A stretch of 64,000 bases of DNA from Candidatus Physcocola equi (lineage in GTDB: Bacteria > Bacteroidota > Bacteroidia > Bacteroidales > Paludibacteraceae): NCBI GenBank assembly GCA_018064855.1, contig JAGHUM010000005.1, positions 38,760 to 102,759 of the forward strand, in the 5' to 3' direction. Below, piece by piece: positions 1 to 8,769 of the stretch. Positions within the stretch are counted from its first letter, which is position 1. The number at the start of each line of letters is the position of its first letter. The translations under genes were made by a program, and so were the position numbers. The notes below the pieces were generated by a model. It had not been told where the DNA came from. It worked only from the letters and a program-made list of their open reading frames with translations, and made no database searches.

Positions 1-1301
1 GAGGTGTCTGCAATAGAAAGCAAACCGGATTTCAACACAAAGGTCTTTTTGTAATCATCACAACCAGGCGCAGACACCAACAGGGTATAATCTCCGGCAT
101 TCTTTATTTCAACACCAGACCTATCGGACAACACCCTACCGTTGCTCATCCATTGGAAAGAATAGACGTCGCCTTCCGGCAAATCGGCAGAAATGCTTTG
201 ATAAGAAGACTGGCAAACAAAATAATCATCGGCTATAGCTGAATTGATCTGCTCGTAAACCACGAGGGTATCGGCAGAAGAACACCAATCGCTGTCCACT
301 TTTAAGACATAAGTTCCGGCATCGTCTATCGTCAGAGCATTTTCGTGAGAGACAACAGTCCCATCTTTATACCAATTGTAGGACTGGTCGGTCAAATAAG
401 GGACTGACAACTCAACAGACTTCTCGGCACAGAGCGAACGATTGGCACCCAAAGAAGGAGCGACACACGTCTGGAAACGCGTATCTTCCCGAGAGGTGCC
501 GATACGGATATCATCAAACCATATATAAGAGTCATTTTTAGGCGCCCATGTTTCATCGTCGCCACCGTGGAAAGTGGAGATATAGAGTTTGTCCACCATG
601 TCTCCATTAGTGGTAAAACGGAGTCCGCCAACAAAAACCACCTGCACGCCATTCACCCAGATTTCGACCTCGCCATCGTGGGCATCCGCCGCCGAGTTTA
701 TGCGTACACGCTCCTCCAGATGATACCATTTTCCGCGTTCAAACACCACCGAAGAGCCGTCGGGATAAAGAAACTCATAGTCTTCGCCATATTTTTCAGG
801 TTTATCCATGTGATAAAGATACAAGGCGATGCGTCCACCACCACGCCACATGAAGCGCGCGGAAAAACCATTTGTGCCATCGCAAGAAGATCCGCCAGAG
901 CAGTCAGCGCCACCACTCAGTCCTGGCAATTTGCCACCTTCATTCGTCGTACCAAAACTGAAATCGGGAGAGAAACGCATCCAATACGATATGAAAGCCT
1001 CCTTTCGTGGTTCAAACAGCAATTCGACCTGCGCTCCGTTGTCGGCCGGTCCAAATTCGCCTTTGGGATAAAAGACACGCAAAGACTTCTCGCCAGACAT
1101 CGACACAGAAGAGTCGATCATGGTTCGGCTATCAAGCCCCTGATGCCAAGACCCCGTTGTAAAACCCTCAGACATCCATTTATCTAATGTAAACGACTGT
1201 CCGGCAACAGCATTTTCAAAATGCGTTGAACTAATCATTTCCGCCTGCACGCCCAGCACAGAAAAGAAGAAAAAGAATATATGTAAATATATATAACGCA
1301 T
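1..1301 (-). CDS. Secreted polysaccharide-lyase-like protein (PL14 / Pfam Polysacc_lyase-type N-terminal domain) followed by Ig-like repeats. The 3' end runs off the window.
   Basis: Absent from the ORF track because it has no stop inside the window. My reverse-complement reading from the ATG at 1301..1299 stays open to base 1. It begins MRYIYLHIFFFFFSVLGVQAEMISS (signal peptide). It continues ...GGKLPGLSGGADCSGGSSCDGTNGFSARFMWRGGGRIALYLYHMDKPEKYGEDYEF...WYHLEERVRIN...EIWVNGVQV...STFHGGDDETW, the pattern I associate with PF14099/PL14 jelly-roll lyases. It ends with NWYKDG...AGTYVL Ig-like repeats. The + strand ORFs 567..1187 and 829..1071 are shadows of it. Confidence 0.6.
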   Translation of the reverse strand, partial: MRYIYLHIFFFFFSVLGVQAEMISSTHFENAVAGQSFTLDKWMSEGFTTGSWHQGLDSRTMIDSSVSMSGEKSLRVFYPKGEFGPADNGAQVELLFEPRKEAFISYWMRFSPDFSFGTTNEGGKLPGLSGGADCSGGSSCDGTNGFSARFMWRGGGRIALYLYHMDKPEKYGEDYEFLYPDGSSVVFERGKWYHLEERVRINSAADAHDGEVEIWVNGVQVVFVGGLRFTTNGDMVDKLYISTFHGGDDETWAPKNDSYIWFDDIRIGTSREDTRFQTCVAPSLGANRSLCAEKSVELSVPYLTDQSYNWYKDGTVVSHENALTIDDAGTYVLKVDSDWCSSADTLVVYEQINSAIADDYFVCQSSYQSISADLPEGDVYSFQWMSNGRVLSDRSGVEIKNAGDYTLLVSAPGCDDYKKTFVLKSGLLSIADT

Positions 1302-1404
1302 GGTATCAGCTTATTCTTTCCAACAAAAATTTAATCAACTTCTTAAACAACTTCCAACAAATATAAGAAAAAGATTACAAATAAAGACAAAACAACATTT
1401 TTTA

Positions 1405-1412
1405 TATATTTG
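1405..1412 (+). promoter_or_regulatory. Orphan Bacteroidetes-type -7 box (TATATTTG) with no ORF behind it
   Basis: Exact TAnnTTTG match on the + strand. The next + strand gene starts about 240 nt downstream, after the repeat array. Confidence 0.3.
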
Positions 1413-1504
1413 CACGAATATTACTGTGTTTTATCAAACTTGGCTATCGTCTTATCGGGCGAGGGGTTCGTGGTGACGGAACAAGATGAGTTGATTTGGT
1501 TAAT

Positions 1505-1632
1505 GTACCAAAAATGTGTAAACTTACACGTTTCATGTATCAAAAATGTGTAAACTTACACATATCATATACCAAAAATGTGTAAACTTACACATATCAT
1601 GTACCAAAAATGTGTAAATTTGCACAAATAAC
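1505..1632. repeat. Four head-to-tail 32-bp direct repeats, each containing a TGTGTAA-N2-TTACACA palindrome (degenerate in unit 4)
   Basis: Units are 1505-1536 gtaccaaaaatgtgtaaacttacacgtttcat, 1537-1568 gtatcaaaaatgtgtaaacttacacatatcat, 1569-1600 ataccaaaaatgtgtaaacttacacatatcat and 1601-1632 gtaccaaaaatgtgtaaatttgcacaaataac. There are no spacers between units. Confidence 0.95.
1615..1622 (+). promoter_or_regulatory. -7 box TAAATTTG for the ATPase gene, formed by the variant fourth repeat unit
   Basis: Exact TAnnTTTG match, 27 nt upstream of the ATG at 1650. Confidence 0.45.
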
Positions 1633-1649
1633 ATATTAAGAAGCTGTTT

Positions 1650-2975
1650 ATGTTTCGAAGGAAGATAATAGAACAATTAAAAGAATGGAAAGACAAAAGA
1701 GACAGGAAGCCTCTTCTTTTGTCTGGCGCTCGTCAGATAGGCAAGACGTGGGTACTTAAAGAATTTGGCAAAGAGTGTTTTGACAACGTCGCATATTTCA
1801 GTTTAGACAAGGAGACTTCCATCTGCCAGTTGTTTCAGACAACAAAAGATCCATTTCGCATTTTGCCACAACTATCAATCCTTTGTGGCGTGGAAATCAA
1901 TCCACAAAATACTCTTTTGATTATCGACGAAATACAAGAATGCCCAGAAGCCTTACAGACATTAAAATACTTTTGCGAAGACGCGCCTGAATATGCAATC
2001 GTCTGCGCAGGCTCTTTGCTGGGTGTCTATCTCAACCACGAAAATCAATCTTTCCCAGTTGGGAAAGTGAACCATCTTTCTATGTACCCCCTTACATTTG
2101 CGGAATTTCTCGACACATACGACAGCAATCTTTATTCTTATTATCAGCAGATTAACGAGATTGCGCCAATTCCTCAAATCTTTTTTGACAAACTGAAAGA
2201 GGTTTATCTATACTACTGTGTATGCGGAGGTATGCCAGAAGTGGCCATGAATATGATAGATGGATGCGACGTAACGGCAGTGGAGACCAAATTGAAAGAT
2301 ATAATAAACGATTATTCCAGAGATTTCATCAAATACACAAAGCCAGTTTTGGCAAACAGAATCGATCAGGTATGGCAATCATTGCCTTCTCAGTTGTCAA
2401 GGGAAAACCGCAAATTCGTTTATCAACTTGTCCGACCAGGAGCAAGAGCGAGGGAATACGAAGATGCCCTAACATGGTTGCAAAGAGCAGGTGTTGTCTA
2501 TAAAATAAACGCCCTTACCAAGCCAGGACTCCCCTTGAAAGCATACGATGATTTGAGCACATTTAAAATTTATGCTGTCGATATGGGAATCCTAAGGAAA
2601 CTTGCAGAGATGGATGCAGTTCTTTACTATCAGGAGTCTCCAATGTTTTCTGAATTCAAAGGTGCATTGGCAGAAAACGCTGTTTTACATAGTCTCATCA
2701 ATCAGTTCGACAATTCCATTCGTTATTGGGCTTCGGAGTACAAAGCAGAAATTGATTTCTTGATTGTAGAGAACAATGAGATTATTCCGATTGAGGTCAA
2801 GGCAGACACAAATATTTCAGGGAAAAGCATCATTCAATATGAGAAAGATTTTCATCCAAAACTCAGAATACGTTATTCCATGTTAAATCTTAAATTAGAT
2901 GGTAATATGCTTAACATTCCTCTGTTTTTGGCAGACAAAACGAAACTCTTTGTCTCGAATAGTAATCTTTTGTGA
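1650..2975 (+). CDS. AAA+ ATPase of the AAA_14 / DUF4143 (COG1373-like) family
   Basis: 441-aa ORF. Walker A is LLLSGARQIGKTW and Walker B is LLIIDEIQE. The C-terminal part (AEIDFLIVENNEIIPIEVK) looks like the restriction-endonuclease-like tail of this family. Confidence 0.85.
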   Translation: MFRRKIIEQLKEWKDKRDRKPLLLSGARQIGKTWVLKEFGKECFDNVAYFSLDKETSICQLFQTTKDPFRILPQLSILCGVEINPQNTLLIIDEIQECPEALQTLKYFCEDAPEYAIVCAGSLLGVYLNHENQSFPVGKVNHLSMYPLTFAEFLDTYDSNLYSYYQQINEIAPIPQIFFDKLKEVYLYYCVCGGMPEVAMNMIDGCDVTAVETKLKDIINDYSRDFIKYTKPVLANRIDQVWQSLPSQLSRENRKFVYQLVRPGARAREYEDALTWLQRAGVVYKINALTKPGLPLKAYDDLSTFKIYAVDMGILRKLAEMDAVLYYQESPMFSEFKGALAENAVLHSLINQFDNSIRYWASEYKAEIDFLIVENNEIIPIEVKADTNISGKSIIQYEKDFHPKLRIRYSMLNLKLDGNMLNIPLFLADKTKLFVSNSNLL

Positions 2976-3399
2976 ATATGTTCCGAAGGAAAACATTTCA
3001 TTTGTGGACAAAGCCTACCGCACATCCACAAAAAAACAAATGAGGGCCATCGCAGGACTGTCTATGGGAGGATTTCATGCCATGCAAATATCCAAAGAAT
3101 ACCCAAATATGTTCGACTATGTGGGTTTGTTTTCCGCATCGGCACGCTTCAAGGGCAAAGGAGAATCGCACGTTTACGAAAATTGCGAGAAAAAGATATT
3201 AAAACAATTTGCTCAAAAGCCGGCACTATATTGGATTGCCATTGGCAAAGACGACTTTCTTTACGACCAAAATCAGAAATACCGACAGTTTCTCGACAGC
3301 AACCACTGCCCATATATCTATGTTGAAAGCGAAGGCGGACACATCTGGAGAAACTGGCGAAACTATCTTTGCGAGTTTGTTCCGCTTTTGTTCAAATAA
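2976..3399 (+). pseudogene. 5'-truncated esterase (PF00756-like alpha/beta hydrolase), C-terminal roughly 140 codons only
   Basis: The frame of ORF 2899..3399 shows esterase features only from the junction with the ATPase stop onward: ...VDKAYRTSTKKQMRAIAGLSMGGFHAM (GxSxG elbow) ... IAIGKDDFLY ... SEGGHIW. The expected N-terminal roughly 130 aa are missing, and the only in-frame start lies inside the ATPase gene. Confidence 0.6.
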
Positions 3400-3459
3400 C
3401 GGTAAAAGCCTCAAAAATGGTGTGATGTTCGTATAAAATGACTATATTTACAAAAAATA

Positions 3460-3936
3460 ATGGCCATGAAAACACATACTAAAAGCATCACATACAACGA
3501 ACTGCAGGAGAATGAACTGACAGCAGAGGAACTTGAGTTGGTCAACGCCGCAAAAGAAGCCACCAAGACCTCCTACTCGCCCTATTCCCATTTTGCAGTG
3601 GGTGCAGCAGTGCGCCTGAGCAACAACAAAACCGTGACAGGAAGCAACCAAGAAAACGGTGCTTACCCGAGCGGACTTTGCGCCGAGCGAACAGCGCTTT
3701 TCTCAGCCGGGGCACTCTACCCCAGCAAAGCGGTGACAGCGATAGCAATAGCGGCATACACCAACGGGGCATTTCTGGAATCGCCCATCACACCATGCGG
3801 CGCCTGCGCACAAGTGATGGCAGAAGCGGAAATAAGGGCTAACAACAAGCCCATCACCATATTGCTTTACGGGACAAAAGGCATCTACAGGTTAAAGGGG
3901 GTTAGTTCCATTCTGCCATTTACGTTCAGTTTGTAG
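3460..3936 (+). CDS. cdd: Cytidine deaminase
   Basis: 158 aa with zinc-binding motifs CAERTALF and PCGACAQVMAE. Confidence 0.9.
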   Translation: MAMKTHTKSITYNELQENELTAEELELVNAAKEATKTSYSPYSHFAVGAAVRLSNNKTVTGSNQENGAYPSGLCAERTALFSAGALYPSKAVTAIAIAAYTNGAFLESPITPCGACAQVMAEAEIRANNKPITILLYGTKGIYRLKGVSSILPFTFSL

Positions 3937-3972
3937 GTGATGAAATGAATTTATAGAAATCAGCTGTAATAG

Positions 3973-4010
3973 AAAACGGGTTCACTACTATTGAGTGAAC
4001 CCGTTTTTGT
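3973..4010. terminator. Bidirectional rho-independent terminator between convergent cdd and the MFS gene
   Basis: Hairpin aaaacgggttcact / agtgaacccgtttt, flanked by an A-run and a T-run. Confidence 0.65.
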
Positions 4011-4035
4011 TTATCATAAAAATTCACGACCTTAA

Positions 4036-5235
4036 TTATCCTTTTTTCTTCAGATTCGGCAAGAAATAGGCCACAAAACCAAGCAAAGGCATGAACGCGC
4101 AGAAATCATATATCGGTTTCAGCCCATAAGCATCAATAAACCTGCCCAAGACCGCGCTTGCGATGCCCGCAAAGCCGAATGCAAGTCCATAAAAGAGCCC
4201 GGACACCAACCCTAACCTGTAAGGCAGAAGTTCCTGAGCATATAACAAAATAGCAGGGAATGCTGATGACAGCATAAAGCCGACACAGAAACTCAAAACC
4301 ACTGTCGCGGCAAAACCGACATGAGGCATCAGCAAAGAAAACGGAGCAGTGCCCAATATCGATATCCAGATCACATATTTTCTACCATACTTATCCCCCA
4401 CAGGTCCGCCCACAAAGGTTCCAATAGCAGTAGCCGCCAGGAACACGAACAAGCACACCTGCGAAACGGACACAGAGACGCCAAACTGCTCAATCAAATA
4501 AAAAGTATAATAACTGGTGAGGCTCGCCATGTAGATGTATTTGGAGAATATGAGCACCATCAACAAAAATAAAGTCACCACAGTGGCACCTTTATCCAAT
4601 GGTCTTTCACTTGCCACCATCATTCTCTTTTGAGAAGATTTGGATTCCTGCAAATAGTGGGCAAACCACCTGCTGATAGGCACAGCGACCAAATAAGCCA
4701 ATGCCGCCATCGCTAAAAACAACAGAATATACCGACGATTGTTTGGTGCGACCAAAGCAGCAACCAATAATGGTCCCACAGAGCTACCCACATTTCCACC
4801 AACCTGGAAAATGGATTGCGCCAATCCTCTTTTACCACCGGACACCAAAGAAGCGATGCGTGAAGCCTCGGGGTGCAACGTGGCCGACCCCATACCTATG
4901 ACAAAGACACAGGGAAGCAACACAAATATAGACGGTGCAAGCGCTATGCCAATGATACCCAACGCGGTAAAAGTAGTCGCCACCCACAAACTGTGGGCGG
5001 AAGGATGACGATCGAACCAAATACCAGCAACAGGCTGAAACACAGAAGCGGCAATCTGATAAACCAATGTGACAATGCCAATCTGCGAAAAAGACAACTG
5101 CAACTCTTCCTTAATGAGAGGATACGAAGCCGTGAGGACAGCCTGCATCAAATCGTTGAGGCAATGAGCAGCCCCCAAACAAAGGAGTATTGACAAAGCA
5201 GATGAAGACACCTGCTGTTTGTTTTCTTCTGACAT
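4036..5235 (-). CDS. MFS transporter (Fsr / fosmidomycin-resistance-like)
   Basis: 399 aa with about 12 hydrophobic helices. The N-terminal HCLNDLMQAVL...PLIKEELQLS...QPVAGIWFDR pattern is typical of Fsr-type MFS proteins. Confidence 0.8.
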   Translation of the reverse strand: MSEENKQQVSSSALSILLCLGAAHCLNDLMQAVLTASYPLIKEELQLSFSQIGIVTLVYQIAASVFQPVAGIWFDRHPSAHSLWVATTFTALGIIGIALAPSIFVLLPCVFVIGMGSATLHPEASRIASLVSGGKRGLAQSIFQVGGNVGSSVGPLLVAALVAPNNRRYILLFLAMAALAYLVAVPISRWFAHYLQESKSSQKRMMVASERPLDKGATVVTLFLLMVLIFSKYIYMASLTSYYTFYLIEQFGVSVSVSQVCLFVFLAATAIGTFVGGPVGDKYGRKYVIWISILGTAPFSLLMPHVGFAATVVLSFCVGFMLSSAFPAILLYAQELLPYRLGLVSGLFYGLAFGFAGIASAVLGRFIDAYGLKPIYDFCAFMPLLGFVAYFLPNLKKKG

Positions 5236-5238
5236 GAA

Positions 5239-6876
5239 TTAATTTTTACGTTCCAACTCAGCCAAATGTTCCATTTTCTTGTTTTCCAAGAATTCATCGA
5301 CACCGCAAAGATGCTCACGCACCTTACCGCCACCAAACTCGTAAGTTTTAGTGGTCAGGCCAGAAAGGAAGTCACGGTCGTGGCTGACAACGATGAGTGT
5401 GCCATCGAAATCGAGGAGAGCCTGTTTTAGAATATCTTTGGTCTTCAAATCAAGATGGTTGGTCGGTTCGTCGAGAATGAGCAGATTCACAGGTTCCAAG
5501 AGCAGTTTAATCATACAAAGTCTGACACGCTCACCACCGCTAAGCACCTTCACTTTCTTTTCATTTTCCTCTCCGCCAAACATAAACGCACCGAGCAAAT
5601 CACGGATTTTCAGACGGATATCGCCCACAGCAATGTCGTCAATCGTCTGGAAAACCGTTTTATTCTCATCGAGCAAAGAAGCGCTGTTTTGGGCGAAGTA
5701 ACCAATCTGAACATTGTGGCCTATTGTGAGAGTGCCGTCATGCTCGATTTCCTTCATTATGCACTTGACGAGAGTGGATTTACCTTCACCATTTCTGCCG
5801 ACAAAAGCGACTTTATCGCCGCGCTCAATTGTAAAAGACGCATTTTGGAACACCACTTTACCATCATAACTTTTACCAACACCATCGCAGATGACAGGAT
5901 AGTTGCCACTGCGTGGAGAAGGAGGGAATTTCAATCGAAGCGCGCTTGTATCTTCCTCATCGACTTCCACGATTTCCAGTTTCTCCAACCATTTCACTTT
6001 GCTCTGCACCTGGAAAGTCTTGGAATAAGTACCCTTAAAGCGTTCGATAAACTCTTTTGCTGCAGCAATTTCCTTCTGCTGGTCATCATACTGCTTTTGC
6101 TGCTGTTCTCTTCTTTCCTTGCGGAGTTCAAGGTAGTGACTGTAGGTGGCTTTATAGTCGTATATGCGTCCCAAAGTCACCTCAATGGTACGAGTGGTGA
6201 TGTTATCAACAAAACGGCGGTCGTGACTAATCAGCACCACAGCGACAGGACTGTTGATCAGGAAATCTTCCAGCCAACCGATGGATTCAATATCCAAGTG
6301 GTTGGTCGGCTCATCCAATAAAAGGACATCCGGTTTCTGCAGCAATAGTTTGGCCAACTCGATACGCATACGCCAACCGCCACTAAACTCAGAAGTCTGT
6401 CGCTGGAAATCGGTTCTTTCAAAACCAAGTCCCAACAACGCCTTTTCAACATCTTCCTCATAATGGGTACGGTCAATGGCATAGAACTTCTCGCTCAATG
6501 TGCTGACTTTCTCAATGATGGCCATATACTCATCACTTTCATAATCCGTGCGGGTAGCCAACTGATTGTTGAGTTCCTCAATTTCCTGCTCCATCGCACT
6601 GATTGCAGAAAAAGCCTTCAGCGTTTCATCCCAGACAGTATTCCCATCTTCAGTCATCAAATGCTGAGGAAGATAACACACAGTACAATCTTTCGGTACG
6701 GAAACCGAACCACGGCTTGGCTGGCGAACACCAGCCAGAATTTTAAGCAAAGTGGATTTTCCCGCACCATTCTTCCCCATGAGGGCAATACGGTCTTTGG
6801 GATTGATTACAAAAGAAATGTCTTTAAAGAGTGTGGTGCCACCGAACTCAACGGCGAGGCCATCTACTGATACCAT
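5239..6876 (-). CDS. ABC-F family ATPase (two ABC domains, no TM domain)
   Basis: 545 aa. Walker A motifs GKNGAGKST and GRNGEGKST. ABC signatures LSGGWRMR and LSGGERVR. A charged linker (RKERREQQQKQYDDQQKE) lies between the domains. Confidence 0.9.
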   Translation of the reverse strand: MVSVDGLAVEFGGTTLFKDISFVINPKDRIALMGKNGAGKSTLLKILAGVRQPSRGSVSVPKDCTVCYLPQHLMTEDGNTVWDETLKAFSAISAMEQEIEELNNQLATRTDYESDEYMAIIEKVSTLSEKFYAIDRTHYEEDVEKALLGLGFERTDFQRQTSEFSGGWRMRIELAKLLLQKPDVLLLDEPTNHLDIESIGWLEDFLINSPVAVVLISHDRRFVDNITTRTIEVTLGRIYDYKATYSHYLELRKERREQQQKQYDDQQKEIAAAKEFIERFKGTYSKTFQVQSKVKWLEKLEIVEVDEEDTSALRLKFPPSPRSGNYPVICDGVGKSYDGKVVFQNASFTIERGDKVAFVGRNGEGKSTLVKCIMKEIEHDGTLTIGHNVQIGYFAQNSASLLDENKTVFQTIDDIAVGDIRLKIRDLLGAFMFGGEENEKKVKVLSGGERVRLCMIKLLLEPVNLLILDEPTNHLDLKTKDILKQALLDFDGTLIVVSHDRDFLSGLTTKTYEFGGGKVREHLCGVDEFLENKKMEHLAELERKN

Positions 6877-6895
6877 ATAATAAAAAATGAAGTAT

Positions 6896-7897
6896 TTATT
6901 CTAATTCGCTTTCCTTAGAAGCAGGAGGAACAATGCCAGAAACGTGTGCCTGGCGTTTTTCTATATTGTCTTTCTCGACGTCGAATCCGCAATGCTTGCA
7001 GTAATGGGAATTCTTATCAATGCTTTTGCCGCAACGAGGGCAAAATATCTCATTTTTCTTTTTGTGGACATCCACCATAGAAACAGTGAAAATACCAGTT
7101 GGCACAGCAATTACCGTATAACCAATAAGCATGACAATACTTGCCAGAAAACGTCCCATAGAGGTAACAGGGGCAATATCTCCATACCCCACAGTCGTCA
7201 TCGTAACCGTTGCCCAATAAATGCTGTTGGGGATACTTGTGAAATTCGGGTTATCTTGTCCGTGTTCCACCATATACATAACCGTACCAATGGAAACAAC
7301 AAGCACTACAATAAAGAGGAAAAAAACCACAATCTTTTGAATGCCCTCTTTCAGAGAGACCAGCAAAAGATGCCCCTCGTTCATGTAATCAAACAACTTG
7401 AAAACGCGGAACACACGAATGACACGGAACATTCGCATCACCAACAAGCCATGCAAAGCTGGGAAAAAGACCGCCAGATATGCAGGGAATGTGGAAAGGA
7501 AGTCAATCACGCCAAAAAAACTCAACACATATTCGCGGCGGTTTACCGCACAATACACTCGGAGCAGGTACTCTATCGTGAAAAAGATAGTAAAAAACCA
7601 CTCCAAAACGTGAATAAAAGGCAAAAACAGATGGGCAATCCAGTCGAAACTGTCTTGTGGCTCGCTCAAGACCAACTCCTCCAATGGAACATTAGCCTGC
7701 GCTTCCTGCATTCCAAAAAGAACGCTTTCGATCATCACCAATACAACACTCAACAGAATACAAGAAATGAGCGTAATATCAAAAATCTTTCCAAAGTGAG
7801 TATCGGTATCAAAAATTATGTCAGCTAGTTTTCTTTTCTTTTTTTCATCATTCAGCAGATTATTCCATTGCTGCTTCAAATTAGAAAACAATCCCAT
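6896..7897 (-). CDS. Voltage-gated-type K+ channel with a C-terminal zinc ribbon
   Basis: 333 aa. The S4-like segment is LVMRMFRVIRVFRVFKLF. The selectivity filter is TTVGYGD. The C-terminus is CPRCGKSIDKNSHYCKHCG. Confidence 0.85.
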   Translation of the reverse strand: MGLFSNLKQQWNNLLNDEKKKRKLADIIFDTDTHFGKIFDITLISCILLSVVLVMIESVLFGMQEAQANVPLEELVLSEPQDSFDWIAHLFLPFIHVLEWFFTIFFTIEYLLRVYCAVNRREYVLSFFGVIDFLSTFPAYLAVFFPALHGLLVMRMFRVIRVFRVFKLFDYMNEGHLLLVSLKEGIQKIVVFFLFIVVLVVSIGTVMYMVEHGQDNPNFTSIPNSIYWATVTMTTVGYGDIAPVTSMGRFLASIVMLIGYTVIAVPTGIFTVSMVDVHKKKNEIFCPRCGKSIDKNSHYCKHCGFDVEKDNIEKRQAHVSGIVPPASKESELE

Positions 7898-7909
7898 ATA
7901 TGACTTTTT

Positions 7910-8467
7910 TTACTTAACCAATGAAACAATAGACAAATCGGTATCCACCACTTGACGCACCCACTCGTCGCGCTTTTCCGACACCAACTTCTTGAATTTC
8001 TCCGCATCTTTGTATTCGCGTCTCACCCATTCGAAAATGATCACATCGTTGCCACGTCTCACAAAACGGAACACTGAGAACTGGACAACCATGGTGACGC
8101 CCCCCTGAGAAAGCTCCGACACATAAGAAGAAATCACTTCATTATCTGATATAACGAGATTTTTCATATCCATCACAGAGCCTGCCATGCGACCGTTGTC
8201 GATTTCCACCATTTTCTCACCGACCACCCTTTCAAAAGAATGGTTTTTCAACAAAGAAAAAGAAAGTTTGGTTGGGAATCTGGTGAAAGACGCATTATGT
8301 GGCAAAAAGTCTTCAATATAGACCGAATCGGTCATGGTAGTGCTCCACTTCAAAAAATATTGTTCTCCAGAAAACGCATGTTGTGAAAAACCAAAAAAGT
8401 CATTCACCGCACATGCAGACAGACACATGTATATGGATACCAGTAAGGAAACAAATAAGCGCTTCAT
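7910..8467 (-). CDS. Hypothetical lipoprotein
   Basis: The ORF runs 7910..8527. I prefer the internal start MKRLFVSLLVSIYMCLSAC (signal peptide plus lipobox cysteine). No recognisable domain. Confidence 0.5.
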   Translation of the reverse strand: MKRLFVSLLVSIYMCLSACAVNDFFGFSQHAFSGEQYFLKWSTTMTDSVYIEDFLPHNASFTRFPTKLSFSLLKNHSFERVVGEKMVEIDNGRMAGSVMDMKNLVISDNEVISSYVSELSQGGVTMVVQFSVFRFVRRGNDVIIFEWVRREYKDAEKFKKLVSEKRDEWVRQVVDTDLSIVSLVK

Positions 8468-8634
8468 ACGATTCAATTTTTTTTGCAAATTTAAGCATTT
8501 TTTGAGAAAAAAGACACAATGAGCCATTCAAAGGTTTAAGGCGCCCTCAAACCTCACACAATTGTGACACTCAGAAATCATCTCCGCAAAACAAACAACA
8601 CCCAAACAATCACTCAACACACACAGTAACCACT

Positions 8635-8670
8635 AAAAACAAAAAGAGATTCTCGTTATGAGAACCTCTC
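8635..8670 (-). terminator. Rho-independent terminator after tRNA-Arg
   Basis: On the - strand: agaggttctc ataac gagaatctct (10-bp stem with one G-U pair), followed by tttttgttttt. Confidence 0.6.
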
Positions 8671-8673
8671 TTG

Positions 8674-8747
8674 TGACTCCGACAGGATTCAAACCTGTAA
8701 CCGGCTGATCCGTAGTCAGCTACTCTATTCAGTTGAGCTACGGAGCC
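8674..8747 (-). tRNA. tRNA-Arg (anticodon ACG)
   Basis: The 74-nt reverse complement is GGCTCCGTAGCTCAACTGAATAGAGTAGCTGACTACGGATCAGCCGGTTACAGGTTTGAATCCTGTCGGAGTCA. It has a 7-bp acceptor stem, anticodon stem GCTGA/TCAGC with loop CTACGGA, and T arm ACAGG-TTTGAAT-CCTGT. It is close in form to E. coli tRNA-Arg(ACG). CCA is not encoded. Confidence 0.9.
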
Positions 8748-8769
8748 ATTGTTTTTCTCAATTGCGATG

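Noticed and set aside
567-1187. 206-aa + strand ORF (and 829..1071) at the left edge
   Set aside because: It lies entirely inside the longer - strand open frame 1..1301, which has a signal peptide and lyase-like motifs. Its own translation is low-complexity, R/H-rich, and has no motif.
1505-1632. Possibility that the 32-bp repeats are a CRISPR array
   Set aside because: The units are directly abutting with no spacers, there are only four copies, and there are no cas genes in the window.
5455-7828. Long + strand ORFs (5455..6321 and 6944..7828) antisense to the ABC-F and K+ channel genes
   Set aside because: They are shadow ORFs opposite well-supported genes, with no motifs.
8674-8747. tRNA-Arg as an integration hotspot for an island
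   Set aside because: There is no integrase, no duplicated tRNA 3' end, and no foreign-looking genes on either side. The neighbours are a small lipoprotein gene and an SDR gene.
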